Assembly: GCA_043747765.1 (NCBI GenBank)
Contig: JAYTOM010000112.1
Location: 1-60,788 of the forward strand
Length of the DNA stretch: 60,788 nucleotides
Reading direction: 5' to 3'
Source of the DNA: Actinomycetota bacterium
GTDB lineage: Bacteria; Actinomycetota; Acidimicrobiia; Acidimicrobiales; Ilumatobacteraceae
Part shown: positions 27,830 to 36,360 of the stretch, piece by piece
How the letters are laid out: each line of letters starts with the position of its first letter
Numbering within the stretch: the first letter of the stretch is position 1
Translations under genes and position numbers: made by a program
The notes under the pieces: model-generated
The model's input: only the letters and a program-made list of their open reading frames with translations
The model's database searches: none
Told to the model about the DNA's origin: nothing

Positions 27830-28899
27830 GCCGGCGCGGCGGCGAGCTGGCATCCGAATTTGCCGTGACCGTCGCTCGAATCGTGGCGTCCGGAAGCCGT
27901 CTGTTGGGAGCCGAGACTGCTGCCTTCGAGCGCGAATTCGCGGCCTGGTTGCAACCCGAAGCCAGCGGAACCAGCCCCACCTCACCACCCTCGGTGACTC
28001 CGATCGAGGTCGTCGCGGTGTCTTCCGGCGCCTCGGCATTGCAGCTGGCACTTGCCGGTCTGGGCATCGGTCGCGGCGACGAGGTCATCGTCCCTGCGTT
28101 CACCGCAGTGCCGACCGCTGCGGCAGTTTGCGCACTCGGAGCCGTCCCCGTGCCGGTGGACGTCGAAGCCGAATCTGCGTGCCTCGACCCCGGACTGGTC
28201 GACGCTGCCCGGACGGCCCGCACCAAGGCTGTAGTCGTCGTCCATCTCTATGGCCGGCCGGCGACACTTCCGGTCACGGATCTCCCGATCGTAGAGGACG
28301 CCGCGCAGGCCCACGGAGCAATCGACGATCATCATCGTTCTGCCGCCGTTGCCTACAGCTTCTATCCGACGAAGAACCTCGGTGGAATCGGCGACGGGGG
28401 TGCGGTCGTCACCGCCGACGCCACACTCGCCTCGCGTGTCCGACGCCTGCGCGTGCACGGGATGACGGAGAACTACGTGCACGAAGAGATCAGCCAGAAC
28501 TTCCGGATGTCGGAGTTGGAAGCGGCATGGCTGCGGTTGTCGTTGCAACGACTGACATCCGACAACGATCGCCGGCGTGCGATTGCTGCTCACTACCGCT
28601 CAGCCGCGCCGCAGCTCCGTTGGCAGAGCACCGATCCCGCACACGTCTACCATCTCTGCGTGATGCGCAGCGTCCGTCGCCAGGCCGTGCGCGATTCGCT
28701 TGCGGCTCTCGATGTTGCGACAGCGATCCAGTACCCGTTGTCGATCCCGGATCAGCCCGCTTACCGGTCGTTCACCCGCGTTGCCTGCCCCGAGTCGCGC
28801 GCGTGGGCGCAAGAATGCATCAGCCTGCCGTGCTTCCCAGATCTCAGCGACGGCGAAGTCGAACAGGTGGCATCGGCGCTGACCGATCTTCGCGCATGA
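27808..28899 (+). CDS. DegT/DnrJ/EryC1/StrS (ArnB-like) sugar aminotransferase
   Basis: GTG 27808 follows an AAGGAGA RBS and lies 22 nt inside the SDR 3' end. ..AVSSGASALQLAL.., ..VPAFTAVPTA.. and ..AYSFYPTKNLGG.. (PLP lysine block) are present. Confidence 0.85.
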   Translation: MVPVVDLSRRGGELASEFAVTVARIVASGSRLLGAETAAFEREFAAWLQPEASGTSPTSPPSVTPIEVVAVSSGASALQLALAGLGIGRGDEVIVPAFTAVPTAAAVCALGAVPVPVDVEAESACLDPGLVDAARTARTKAVVVVHLYGRPATLPVTDLPIVEDAAQAHGAIDDHHRSAAVAYSFYPTKNLGGIGDGGAVVTADATLASRVRRLRVHGMTENYVHEEISQNFRMSELEAAWLRLSLQRLTSDNDRRRAIAAHYRSAAPQLRWQSTDPAHVYHLCVMRSVRRQAVRDSLAALDVATAIQYPLSIPDQPAYRSFTRVACPESRAWAQECISLPCFPDLSDGEVEQVASALTDLRA

Positions 28900-29618
28900 C
28901 CCCTCTCGCGGTCTCGGCGATGTTCCCGTGTTACAACGATGCCGAGACGATCGGCGGACTCGTCGACGAGGTCTACTTCGCACTGTCTCCGATCGTGGAC
29001 GAGGTGGAAGTCATCGTGGTCAACGACGGTTCGGCGGACAACTCGCGTGAAGTGCTCGACCTATTGGTCACCACTCGGCCGTGGCTGCGTCCGATCCATC
29101 ACGAGCGCAACCGCGGCTATGGCGGGGCGCTGATCACTGGGTTCGACGCCGCCCGTTACGACTGGATCTTCTACACCGATGGCGATGCGCAGTACGACGC
29201 CCGTGAGGCGGCGATGCTCATCCCGCTCGCCACAGAAGATGTCGACATCGTCCAGGGTTACAAGTTGGGGCGTGGCGATCCGTTGCATCGCAAGATCATC
29301 GGCCGCCTCTACCACCACGTCGTCAAGGTGATGTTTTCGCTCCCCGGACGCGACACGGACTGTGACTTTCGGCTGTTCCGACGCTCGCTGATCGAGTCCC
29401 GTCCGCTCACGTCGACCAGCGGAGTGATCTGCGTCGAGATGATGTGCAGCTTTCGCGAGCAAGACGCCCGTTTCGTCGAAGCGCCCGTGCACCACTACGC
29501 GCGCACCTCTGGCACATCCGAGTTCTTTCGACTGCCGGCGATCTCACGGAGCGCCGTTGGACTGGTGCGCCTGTGGTGGCGGATGGTCGTCCGGCGCGAC
29601 AGCTCGCAACGACGATGA
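28896..29618 (+). CDS. GT2 polyprenyl-phosphate glycosyltransferase (ArnC/PpgS/GtrB-like)
   Basis: ATGA overlap with the upstream gene. ..AMFPCYNDAETI.., ..VVNDGSADNS.. and ..YTDGDAQYD.. (DxD) are present. Only the last 240 codons of track ORF 28128.. are genic. Confidence 0.85.
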   Translation: MTPLAVSAMFPCYNDAETIGGLVDEVYFALSPIVDEVEVIVVNDGSADNSREVLDLLVTTRPWLRPIHHERNRGYGGALITGFDAARYDWIFYTDGDAQYDAREAAMLIPLATEDVDIVQGYKLGRGDPLHRKIIGRLYHHVVKVMFSLPGRDTDCDFRLFRRSLIESRPLTSTSGVICVEMMCSFREQDARFVEAPVHHYARTSGTSEFFRLPAISRSAVGLVRLWWRMVVRRDSSQRR

Positions 29619-30970
29619 CGCTGGAGGCGCGCCTGAAACGCGGGGTCGACACCCTGCGATCCGAATCGGCTGCGAATTGGGCTTTCGCCCTCGCGGTCGT
29701 CGGAGCGGTCGCCGTGTTCTACTTCGTCGGCCGCCATCAGACCTTCGTCCGCGACGATTGGGCCAGTGTGCTGACCCGAGACAAGGTCCACCAGGTCTAC
29801 GGATGGCAGCACTGGCTCCTCGATCCGCAGGACGGACACTGGCTGACCGTTCCGGTCCTCGTCTTTCACGTGACGATGAGTTGGTTCGGGCTTCACTCCT
29901 ACTGGCCGTTCCTCGTGCCGACGCTGCTCTCGCACGTCGCCGCAGTTCTGCTGGTGCGCGTCATGTGCAGACGCAACGGTGTCTCGGCATGGACGACGAC
30001 GCTCGTCTGTTCGCTGCTGCTCGTGTTCGGAGCGGGTTGGGAGAACATGGTCTTTGCGATCCAGATCAGCTACAACTTCTCACTGGTCGCCTTCCTCGCC
30101 CAGATCGTTCTCACCGATCACGACGGACCCGTCGACCGTCGCGACTGGATCGCGGTCGGGCTCAGTCTGATCGGCGTCATGTCCTCTGGATTCGGACCGA
30201 TCTTCATGGTTGGAATCTTCGTCTTCCTCGCGGTGCGACGCCGTTGGAAGGCTGTGCTGGTCGCGTTGGTTCCGCAGGCTGTCGCGTACGGATGGTGGTT
30301 CGTGTTCTGGGAAACCGATCCCGCCAGCGATTCGAATCCCGGCAACAAATCGCATCTTCCGGCGTTCGTACAACACGGCCTCAGCGCGACGTTCGAAGCG
30401 CTGACCAGCATCCCGGGCCTCGGCGGAATTGCACTGGTCGCCACCTTGGCTGTTGCGCTCACCGGGCGTTTCGGTCTGCGTGCGCACAGCACGTTCATCG
30501 CGCTGTCGGTCACAGTGGTCGTGATGTTCACCGCAATCGGCAACGAGCGAGTCGGTTTCGGAATGACCATTGCTTCGTCGTCGCGGTATCTGCACGTCGC
30601 AGCGATTCTGATCGCTCCTGTCTTCGCGATGACCGTCGATCAACTCGCCCGCATTTCGCGCGAAGCGAGATGGGCGGGTTTGGCTGTTGTTTCCGCCTCC
30701 GCCGTACTGAATGTGGGTGTGTTGCACGAACTGTCGATCGATTGGGCAATGGCTGCACGCGCCGAACTGGACACCTACGACCTGATCGTCGGTTCCGGTC
30801 TCGCTGGTCAAGCTCCCGACCAGAGCAAGTCGATCTTCGAAGACAGCCCGGATGTGCGGGTGTCGTCGTTGCCCGTTCTGTTGGCCAACGGTGCGCTCCA
30901 CCCGCGCCCACCGGTCACGCCCGATGAAGTGCAACGGGTGCGCACGGCGCTGGGCCTGCCGAACCCGTAG
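29615..30970 (+). CDS. polytopic membrane protein, possible GT-C-type glycosyltransferase
   Basis: ATGA overlap with the GT2 stop. About 451 aa with ~11 hydrophobic helices. No family motif was recognised; the role is inferred from operon context. Confidence 0.5.
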   Translation: MTLEARLKRGVDTLRSESAANWAFALAVVGAVAVFYFVGRHQTFVRDDWASVLTRDKVHQVYGWQHWLLDPQDGHWLTVPVLVFHVTMSWFGLHSYWPFLVPTLLSHVAAVLLVRVMCRRNGVSAWTTTLVCSLLLVFGAGWENMVFAIQISYNFSLVAFLAQIVLTDHDGPVDRRDWIAVGLSLIGVMSSGFGPIFMVGIFVFLAVRRRWKAVLVALVPQAVAYGWWFVFWETDPASDSNPGNKSHLPAFVQHGLSATFEALTSIPGLGGIALVATLAVALTGRFGLRAHSTFIALSVTVVVMFTAIGNERVGFGMTIASSSRYLHVAAILIAPVFAMTVDQLARISREARWAGLAVVSASAVLNVGVLHELSIDWAMAARAELDTYDLIVGSGLAGQAPDQSKSIFEDSPDVRVSSLPVLLANGALHPRPPVTPDEVQRVRTALGLPNP

Positions 30971-30973
30971 GCG

Positions 30974-31024
30974 TCGATCCATCGATCCATCGATCCATCG
31001 ATCCGGTCGATCCGGTCGATCCGC
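30974..31024. repeat. tandem octamer/nonamer array (TCGATCCA)x3 (TCGATCCGG)x3
   Basis: Read directly from the sequence. It starts 4 nt after the stop at 30970, between convergent genes. Confidence 0.9.
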
Positions 31025-31054
31025 GGACACTCGGGTCCTGGGTCAGGTCGAGCG

Positions 31055-32269
31055 TCAGGTGGGTGTGAAGCGAACCGGCAGGTGTTGCGGCCCGAAGATG
31101 CCGACGTTGCTCGGCTTCCACGTGACATCGCCGTCGATGCGCAGATCGGGCATCCGCCTGGCGAGGATGGGCAGGGCCTCTTGCAGTTCGGCTTTGGCCA
31201 ACGCTGCGCCGAGGCAGTAGTGGATGCCGCTCCCGAGCGTCAGATTCGGCTGGCCGGCTGGTTCTGCGGCGATGTCGAAGGTGCCGGGATCGGTGAACAC
31301 CGTTTGGTCCCGGTTGGCGACGGACATCGACGGCATCACCATCGTCCCAGCGGGGAACAAGATGTCGCGATACTCGATGTCCTCGGATGCGAAGCGACCC
31401 GTGCCGCGTACCGCTCCGAAGAAGCGCATGGCTTCCTCGACAGCGCGAGGGGCCAGTTCTGGTCGTTCGGCGAGAAGCGCCCATTGATCGGGGTGGTCGG
31501 CGAACAAGGCAACCGAGCAGCCGAGTTGGTTGCGTGTCGTATCGGTTCCGCCGACGATCACCGCGCCGACCATCGTCACCAACTCGTCCGACGACAGCCG
31601 ATCCCCGGCTTGCTCGGCCGCGATCAGCGCGGTGATCAGATCGTCGGCGGGCTTCGCTCGACGTGCCGAGATCAACCCGCGGACGTAGTCGTCCAGTTCG
31701 TCCTGGGCGGCCATGATGATCGGCAGGTCCTGTTCGAAATTGCCGTTGAACACCCGCAGGACGTCCTCGGCCAATCGACTGAACAGCTGCCAATCCTGCT
31801 TGGGTGCGCCGAGGAGCTCGCAGATGATCGGGATCGGGTACGGCTCGCAGATGTCGATCGCCACGTCGGCGTGGCCGCTCGCGACCACGGCATCAACGAG
31901 CCCGTCGACAACTTCGCGCATGAACGGCCGAAGTCTGTCGGCAGCTCGCGGCGAGAATGCAGGAGCGACGAGCCTGCGCAACCGAGTATGCACATCGCCT
32001 TCTGCGCTGAGGATGCTCTCGCGATTGCGAGCCAGGAACTCCTCGTTGGTCACGCCGGCCAGCTGCGGCAGGATCGAGGCGGCGTTGTGCCACCGTCGGT
32101 CGCGGAGGACGGCAGCGACGTCGTCGTAACGCAGGACGGTGTAACCGAACGGATTGCGGGCCAGCCAGCTGGTGGCCGCCAGATCCCGCATGACTGCCTG
32201 AGCGTCCTCGAAGGGTACGTCCAGCAGGTCGAGTGTGGGCAGATCGAGCTCGTGAACAGACGTCGCCAT
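31055..32269 (-). CDS. cytochrome P450
   Basis: The ORF was trimmed to ATG 32269 (MATSVHELDLP..). The Cys-ligand loop ..LGSGIHYCLGAALAKAE.. and the ..GGTDTT.. I-helix are present. Confidence 0.9.
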   Translation of the reverse strand: MATSVHELDLPTLDLLDVPFEDAQAVMRDLAATSWLARNPFGYTVLRYDDVAAVLRDRRWHNAASILPQLAGVTNEEFLARNRESILSAEGDVHTRLRRLVAPAFSPRAADRLRPFMREVVDGLVDAVVASGHADVAIDICEPYPIPIICELLGAPKQDWQLFSRLAEDVLRVFNGNFEQDLPIIMAAQDELDDYVRGLISARRAKPADDLITALIAAEQAGDRLSSDELVTMVGAVIVGGTDTTRNQLGCSVALFADHPDQWALLAERPELAPRAVEEAMRFFGAVRGTGRFASEDIEYRDILFPAGTMVMPSMSVANRDQTVFTDPGTFDIAAEPAGQPNLTLGSGIHYCLGAALAKAELQEALPILARRMPDLRIDGDVTWKPSNVGIFGPQHLPVRFTPT

Positions 32270-32309
32270 CTGGCGAACCGTAGTACTACAACTGACAGGA
32301 CTCGGCAGC

Positions 32310-32942
32310 GTGAGTAGGGTCCGCGTCGTGACCGACACGATGATTCCCGCCAGGCCGACCGAGCTGTCGGCGGTCGCTCTGACCCTCGCTCGAGCGTTCC
32401 ACGACGATCCGATTTTCGCCCTGCTGTTCGGCGCCATCGGAACCGGCCATGTTCCCGAGCTGCCGTCGAAGCGATTCTTCACGATCATGGCCAAGGTCCA
32501 GTTGCATCACGAACTCGTGTTCAGGACGCCGGGAGACGAGGCCGCCGCTATCTGGGCGCCGCCGGGGGAGTGGAAGCTGCCCAATATCCAGATCGCCAAG
32601 CATGCGCTGCCTTTGGCTCGGACTTTCGGGTGGCGATTGTTCGCCAACCTCGAGATCCTCGGCCGACTCGAAAAGGACCATCCGATCGAGCCGCACTACT
32701 ACCTCGAGTTCATCGGCACCGACCCGACACACCAGGGCAAAGGGATGGCCACCGCTCTGATCGAACCGATGATGGAGCGGTGCGACGCAGAAGGGGTCGG
32801 CGCATACCTGGAATCATCGAAGGAATCGAACGTCGCGTTTTACGGGCGATTCGGCTTCGCCGTGACGAAGGTGATCACCCACAAGCCGGCGAAGGGGCGG
32901 GCCGGCCTGGAGCAATGGTTGATGTGGCGCGACCCGCGCTGA
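32310..32942 (+). CDS. GNAT family N-acetyltransferase
   Basis: ..THQGKGMATALIEPMMERCD.. and ..VAFYGRFGF.. are present. The start is GTG 32310 or ATG 32340. Confidence 0.75.
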   Translation: MSRVRVVTDTMIPARPTELSAVALTLARAFHDDPIFALLFGAIGTGHVPELPSKRFFTIMAKVQLHHELVFRTPGDEAAAIWAPPGEWKLPNIQIAKHALPLARTFGWRLFANLEILGRLEKDHPIEPHYYLEFIGTDPTHQGKGMATALIEPMMERCDAEGVGAYLESSKESNVAFYGRFGFAVTKVITHKPAKGRAGLEQWLMWRDPR

Positions 32943-32976
32943 ACTCTGCTCGATTTTCACTCGGCGATCACCCAGG

Positions 32977-34107
32977 TCAAGCAGTGAGTGCCAGCATCGG
33001 ATCGACATACGGCAGCGAGAGTGCTTCTGCGACGGGGGCATTGGTGACGTGACCGGCGACGGTGTTGACGCCGTGGACGAGCGCAGGATCGCGCCGCGCT
33101 GCGCCGCCGGGGCCGTGCAGGGCGACCTCGAGTTGGTACGGGAGCGTCGCATTGGTGAGCGCGTAGGTGCTCGTGTGCGGCACGGCACCTGGCATGTTGC
33201 CGACGCCGTAGTGCAGCACTCCGTGCAGCATGTAGACGGGGTCGGTGTGTGTTGTCTCGTGGATCGTCTCGATGCACCCGCCCTGGTCGATCGCGACATC
33301 GACGATGACAGCTCCGGGCTTCATGTTGCGGACCATGTCCGCGCTGACGACGACCGGTGCCCGACCGCCGGCCACGAGCACCGCACCGATGACCAGATCG
33401 GCATCGGCGACGTTGCGCTCGATCGCGCCGCGGTTGGAGGCAAGGGTCACGATTCGACCTTTCTGAATCTGGTCGACCCACCGCAGACGATCGAGATTCT
33501 TGTCGAACAGAACAACTTCGGCTTCCATCCCTGCAGCAATCCACGCCGAGTTCCATCCGACGTTCCCGGCGCCCAGCACCACGACTTTGGCAGGCCGAAC
33601 CCCAGGGGCACCGCCCATCAGCACACCGCGACCGCCATTGTGACGTTCGAGGTAGTGGGCACCCATCTGCGGCGCCAGTCGCCCGGCGACCTCGCTCATC
33701 GGAGCCAGGAGCGGCAACGCCCCTGACTCGCTCTGCACCGTTTCGTACGCGATGCCGGTGGTTCCGGCCGCGAGTAAGGCCGTGGCGACCTCTGGGTACG
33801 CCGCCAGATGCAGATACGTGAACAGCGTCAGGTCGGCGCGCAGGAATTCGAACTCCTCGACCTTCGGCTCCTTGACTTTGACGACCATCTGTTGCGACCA
33901 TGCGTCGGCCGCTGTCGGCACGATCGTCGCTCCGGCTGCGGTGTAGTCCGCATCGGAGAAGCTCGCACCCTCACCGGCGTGGCTCTCGATGAACACCTCG
34001 ATCCCATGGCGCTCGAACTCCCGCACACCGTCGGGTGTCATCGCCACCCGATGTTCGGCGGTCTTGATCTCCTTGGGAACACCGACAGATGTGATCGTTG
34101 CGCTCAT
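32977..34107 (-). CDS. ald: alanine dehydrogenase
   Basis: ..[21 protein letters not shown].. and ..[14 protein letters not shown].. are present. Confidence 0.92.
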   Translation of the reverse strand: MSATITSVGVPKEIKTAEHRVAMTPDGVREFERHGIEVFIESHAGEGASFSDADYTAAGATIVPTAADAWSQQMVVKVKEPKVEEFEFLRADLTLFTYLHLAAYPEVATALLAAGTTGIAYETVQSESGALPLLAPMSEVAGRLAPQMGAHYLERHNGGRGVLMGGAPGVRPAKVVVLGAGNVGWNSAWIAAGMEAEVVLFDKNLDRLRWVDQIQKGRIVTLASNRGAIERNVADADLVIGAVLVAGGRAPVVVSADMVRNMKPGAVIVDVAIDQGGCIETIHETTHTDPVYMLHGVLHYGVGNMPGAVPHTSTYALTNATLPYQLEVALHGPGGAARRDPALVHGVNTVAGHVTNAPVAEALSLPYVDPMLALTA

Positions 34108-34132
34108 CCGTTCATCGTGTCACCTTTCGCCT

Positions 34133-34186
34133 GTCCAACCGTCCAACCGTCCAACCGTGCCGACCAACCGTCCAACCGTCCGAGCC
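34133..34186. repeat. tandem octamer array (GTCCAACC)x3 - GTGCCGACCAACC - GTCCAACC - GTCCGAGCC
   Basis: Read directly from the sequence. It occupies half of the 101-bp ald / aldehyde-DH divergent spacer. Confidence 0.9.
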
Positions 34187-34208
34187 GGCGGAGTTATATT
34201 GCGGGGCC

Positions 34209-35636
34209 ATGAAGACGTTCAAGAATTTCATCAACGGCACCTACATCGACACGGGAGAAGGACGCACGTCTGCGGTCATCGACCCGACGACGGGAGAGCA
34301 GTACGCCGAGGCTGCGCTGTCGGGACCTGCCGATGTGGACATGGCCATGAAGGCCGCCGCAGCGGCGTTCGATGGATGGCGTGATTCGACGCCATCGGAA
34401 CGCTCGTTGGCGTTGATCCGGATTGCCGATGCGGTCGAAGCCCGTGCGGAGGAGTTGATTGCGCGCGAGGTCGAGAACACTGGCAAGCCGATCGCCCTGA
34501 CCCGCAGCGAGGAGATCCCTCCGATGGTCGATCAGATTCGCTTCTTCGCTGGCGCTGCTCGTCACCTTGAGGGCAAGGCTGCTGCCGAGTACATGCGCGG
34601 TATGACCAGCTTCGTGCGTCGCGAACCAGTTGGTGTGTGTGCGCAGGTGGCGCCGTGGAACTACCCGATGATGATGGCTGTGTGGAAGTTCGCGCCCGCT
34701 CTCGCTGCTGGTAACACCGTGGTCCTCAAGCCGAGCGACACCACTCCGGCGACGGCTGGACTGTTGGCCGAGATCGCCGCCGAGTTCCTGCCGCCTGGCG
34801 TCTTCAACGTGATCTGTGGTGATCGTGACACCGGCCGGGCGATGGTCGTGCACGAAACACCGGCGATGATCAGCATCACGGGCTCTGTCCGCGCCGGAAT
34901 GGAGGTTGCCGAGGCTGCGTCGCACAGCCTCAAGCGGCTCCATCTCGAACTCGGGGGCAAAGCGCCCGTCGTCGTCTTCGACGACGCCGACATCGCTGCA
35001 GCAGCCGAGGGCATTTCGACCGCTGGGTTCTTCAACGCCGGACAGGATTGCACGGCAGCGACACGTGTCATTGTCGCTCCACGCATCTACAGGGACTTCG
35101 TCGCCGCATTGACCGAGGCCGCAGCTGGGATCAAGACCGGTATGCCGGACGACGAAGACGTTCTCTACGGTCCGGTCAACAACGCCGCCCAACTGGCTCG
35201 AGTCAGTGGTTTCCTCGACCGCACGCCGGACCATGCAACGGTCTCCAATGGTGGTCATCGCGTCGGCGTCTCGGGCTACTTCTACGAGCCGACGGTCGTC
35301 TCCGACCTCCGTCAGGACGACGAGATGATCCAGAACGAGGTCTTCGGGCCCGTCATCACCGTCCAGCAGTTCAGCGATGAGGACGAGGCTGTGCGGTGGG
35401 CGAACGGTGTGGAATACGGGCTGGCGTCCTCGGTCTGGACCAAGGACTTCGGGCGCGCGATGCGGATGTCGAAGCGGCTCGATTTCGGCTGCGTGTGGAT
35501 CAACACGCACATTCCGCTCGTGGCGGAGATGCCTCACGGCGGGTACAAGAAGAGTGGTTACGGCAAGGACCTGTCGTCCTATGCACTCGACGATTACACG
35601 CGCATCAAACACGTGATGGCGAACATCGAATCCTGA
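34209..35636 (+). CDS. NAD-dependent aldehyde dehydrogenase (aminobutyraldehyde/betaine-aldehyde DH-like)
   Basis: The ORF was trimmed to ATG 34209 ([14 protein letters not shown]..). ..VAPWNYP.., ..LELGGKAP.. and ..[13 protein letters not shown].. (catalytic Cys) are present. Confidence 0.9.
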   Translation: MKTFKNFINGTYIDTGEGRTSAVIDPTTGEQYAEAALSGPADVDMAMKAAAAAFDGWRDSTPSERSLALIRIADAVEARAEELIAREVENTGKPIALTRSEEIPPMVDQIRFFAGAARHLEGKAAAEYMRGMTSFVRREPVGVCAQVAPWNYPMMMAVWKFAPALAAGNTVVLKPSDTTPATAGLLAEIAAEFLPPGVFNVICGDRDTGRAMVVHETPAMISITGSVRAGMEVAEAASHSLKRLHLELGGKAPVVVFDDADIAAAAEGISTAGFFNAGQDCTAATRVIVAPRIYRDFVAALTEAAAGIKTGMPDDEDVLYGPVNNAAQLARVSGFLDRTPDHATVSNGGHRVGVSGYFYEPTVVSDLRQDDEMIQNEVFGPVITVQQFSDEDEAVRWANGVEYGLASSVWTKDFGRAMRMSKRLDFGCVWINTHIPLVAEMPHGGYKKSGYGKDLSSYALDDYTRIKHVMANIES

Positions 35637-36360
35637 ACCGAACGACTCCAGGTGAACGTAGGTGGCAGTCCAAGCTGGCACTCAGTTGAGGATGTCGCGC
35701 GCCGACGATGACGACTGTGCCGAGCGAAGCCAGCGACTGCACCGCCATGATCGTTTTCGCCCGTGCGGTCAGTGGCAGAGCATCCGTCGGGCTGAACGCC
35801 GTCGAGTTGGTCAGTGACAAGTACAGGTAATCGATGAAACGGGGCGACCATCGCGTTGCCGACGAGTTCGGATTCTCCATCTGCGGGAACAGGAAGTCCG
35901 GCTGGTCGTGGTCGACCGTGCATCGTTTGACTGGACCGCCACGGTCGATCTCCTAGTACAAGAGCCCGAACGCCGTGACCGCGGTGAACCAGACGGCAAT
36001 CGCGGAATAGATCAGCGAGCGGCCATTGATCCGATTTCCCTGGCGGAGCAAGTCGTGGATCAGAATTCCGAGTGTCGTGCTATTGGCGACGATCAAGATT
36101 CCGGCCAGGCTGAGTGCGAAGAAACGGACGTCCTTCGTCTCGGCCGTCAATTTCGACGGACCGACGACGATCAGGGTGAGCAATACGGCCGCTTCGATCG
36201 CTGGGATCAGCCATGGCGGCCCGATTGTCAAACGATCCGGCAGCAGCACCTGAAGGACCAAGACCGCGACGACCGAGATCGCCGCTGGAAATCGAGTCTC
36301 GCCGGGGGACACGAATCCCCATGCTGCGTCGTTCTCACGATCGAACGGAGTGTCGTTCAT
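35605..36360 (-). pseudogene. DUF1345-like membrane protein interrupted by an in-frame TAG (35953..35955)
   Basis: ORFs 35953..36360 and 35605..35880 are in the same frame. Reading through gives ..AFGLLY-*-EIDRGGPV..DFLFPQME..WSPRFIDYLYLSLTNSTAFSPTD... ATGA overlap with the upstream aminotransferase stop. Confidence 0.6.

Noticed and set aside
28128-28895. The first ~255 codons of the 496-aa ORF 28128..29618.
   Set aside because: This part is an out-of-frame overlap with the DegT aminotransferase gene and is Arg/Pro-rich. The GT2 domain starts at ATG 28896, with an ATGA coupling.
30974-31024. Possibility that the short tandem arrays (here and at 34133..34186) are CRISPR arrays.
   Set aside because: The units are 8-9 bp with no spacers, and no cas genes are present. 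They are microsatellite-like arrays, not CRISPR.
30915-31793. Minus-strand ORFs that translate the octamer array as IDRIDRIDGSMDRWIDGS (30915..31793 and 30808..31128).
   Set aside because: They are antisense to, or overlap, the P450 gene and the membrane protein gene. The repeat unit is not a multiple of 3, and there are no supporting motifs.
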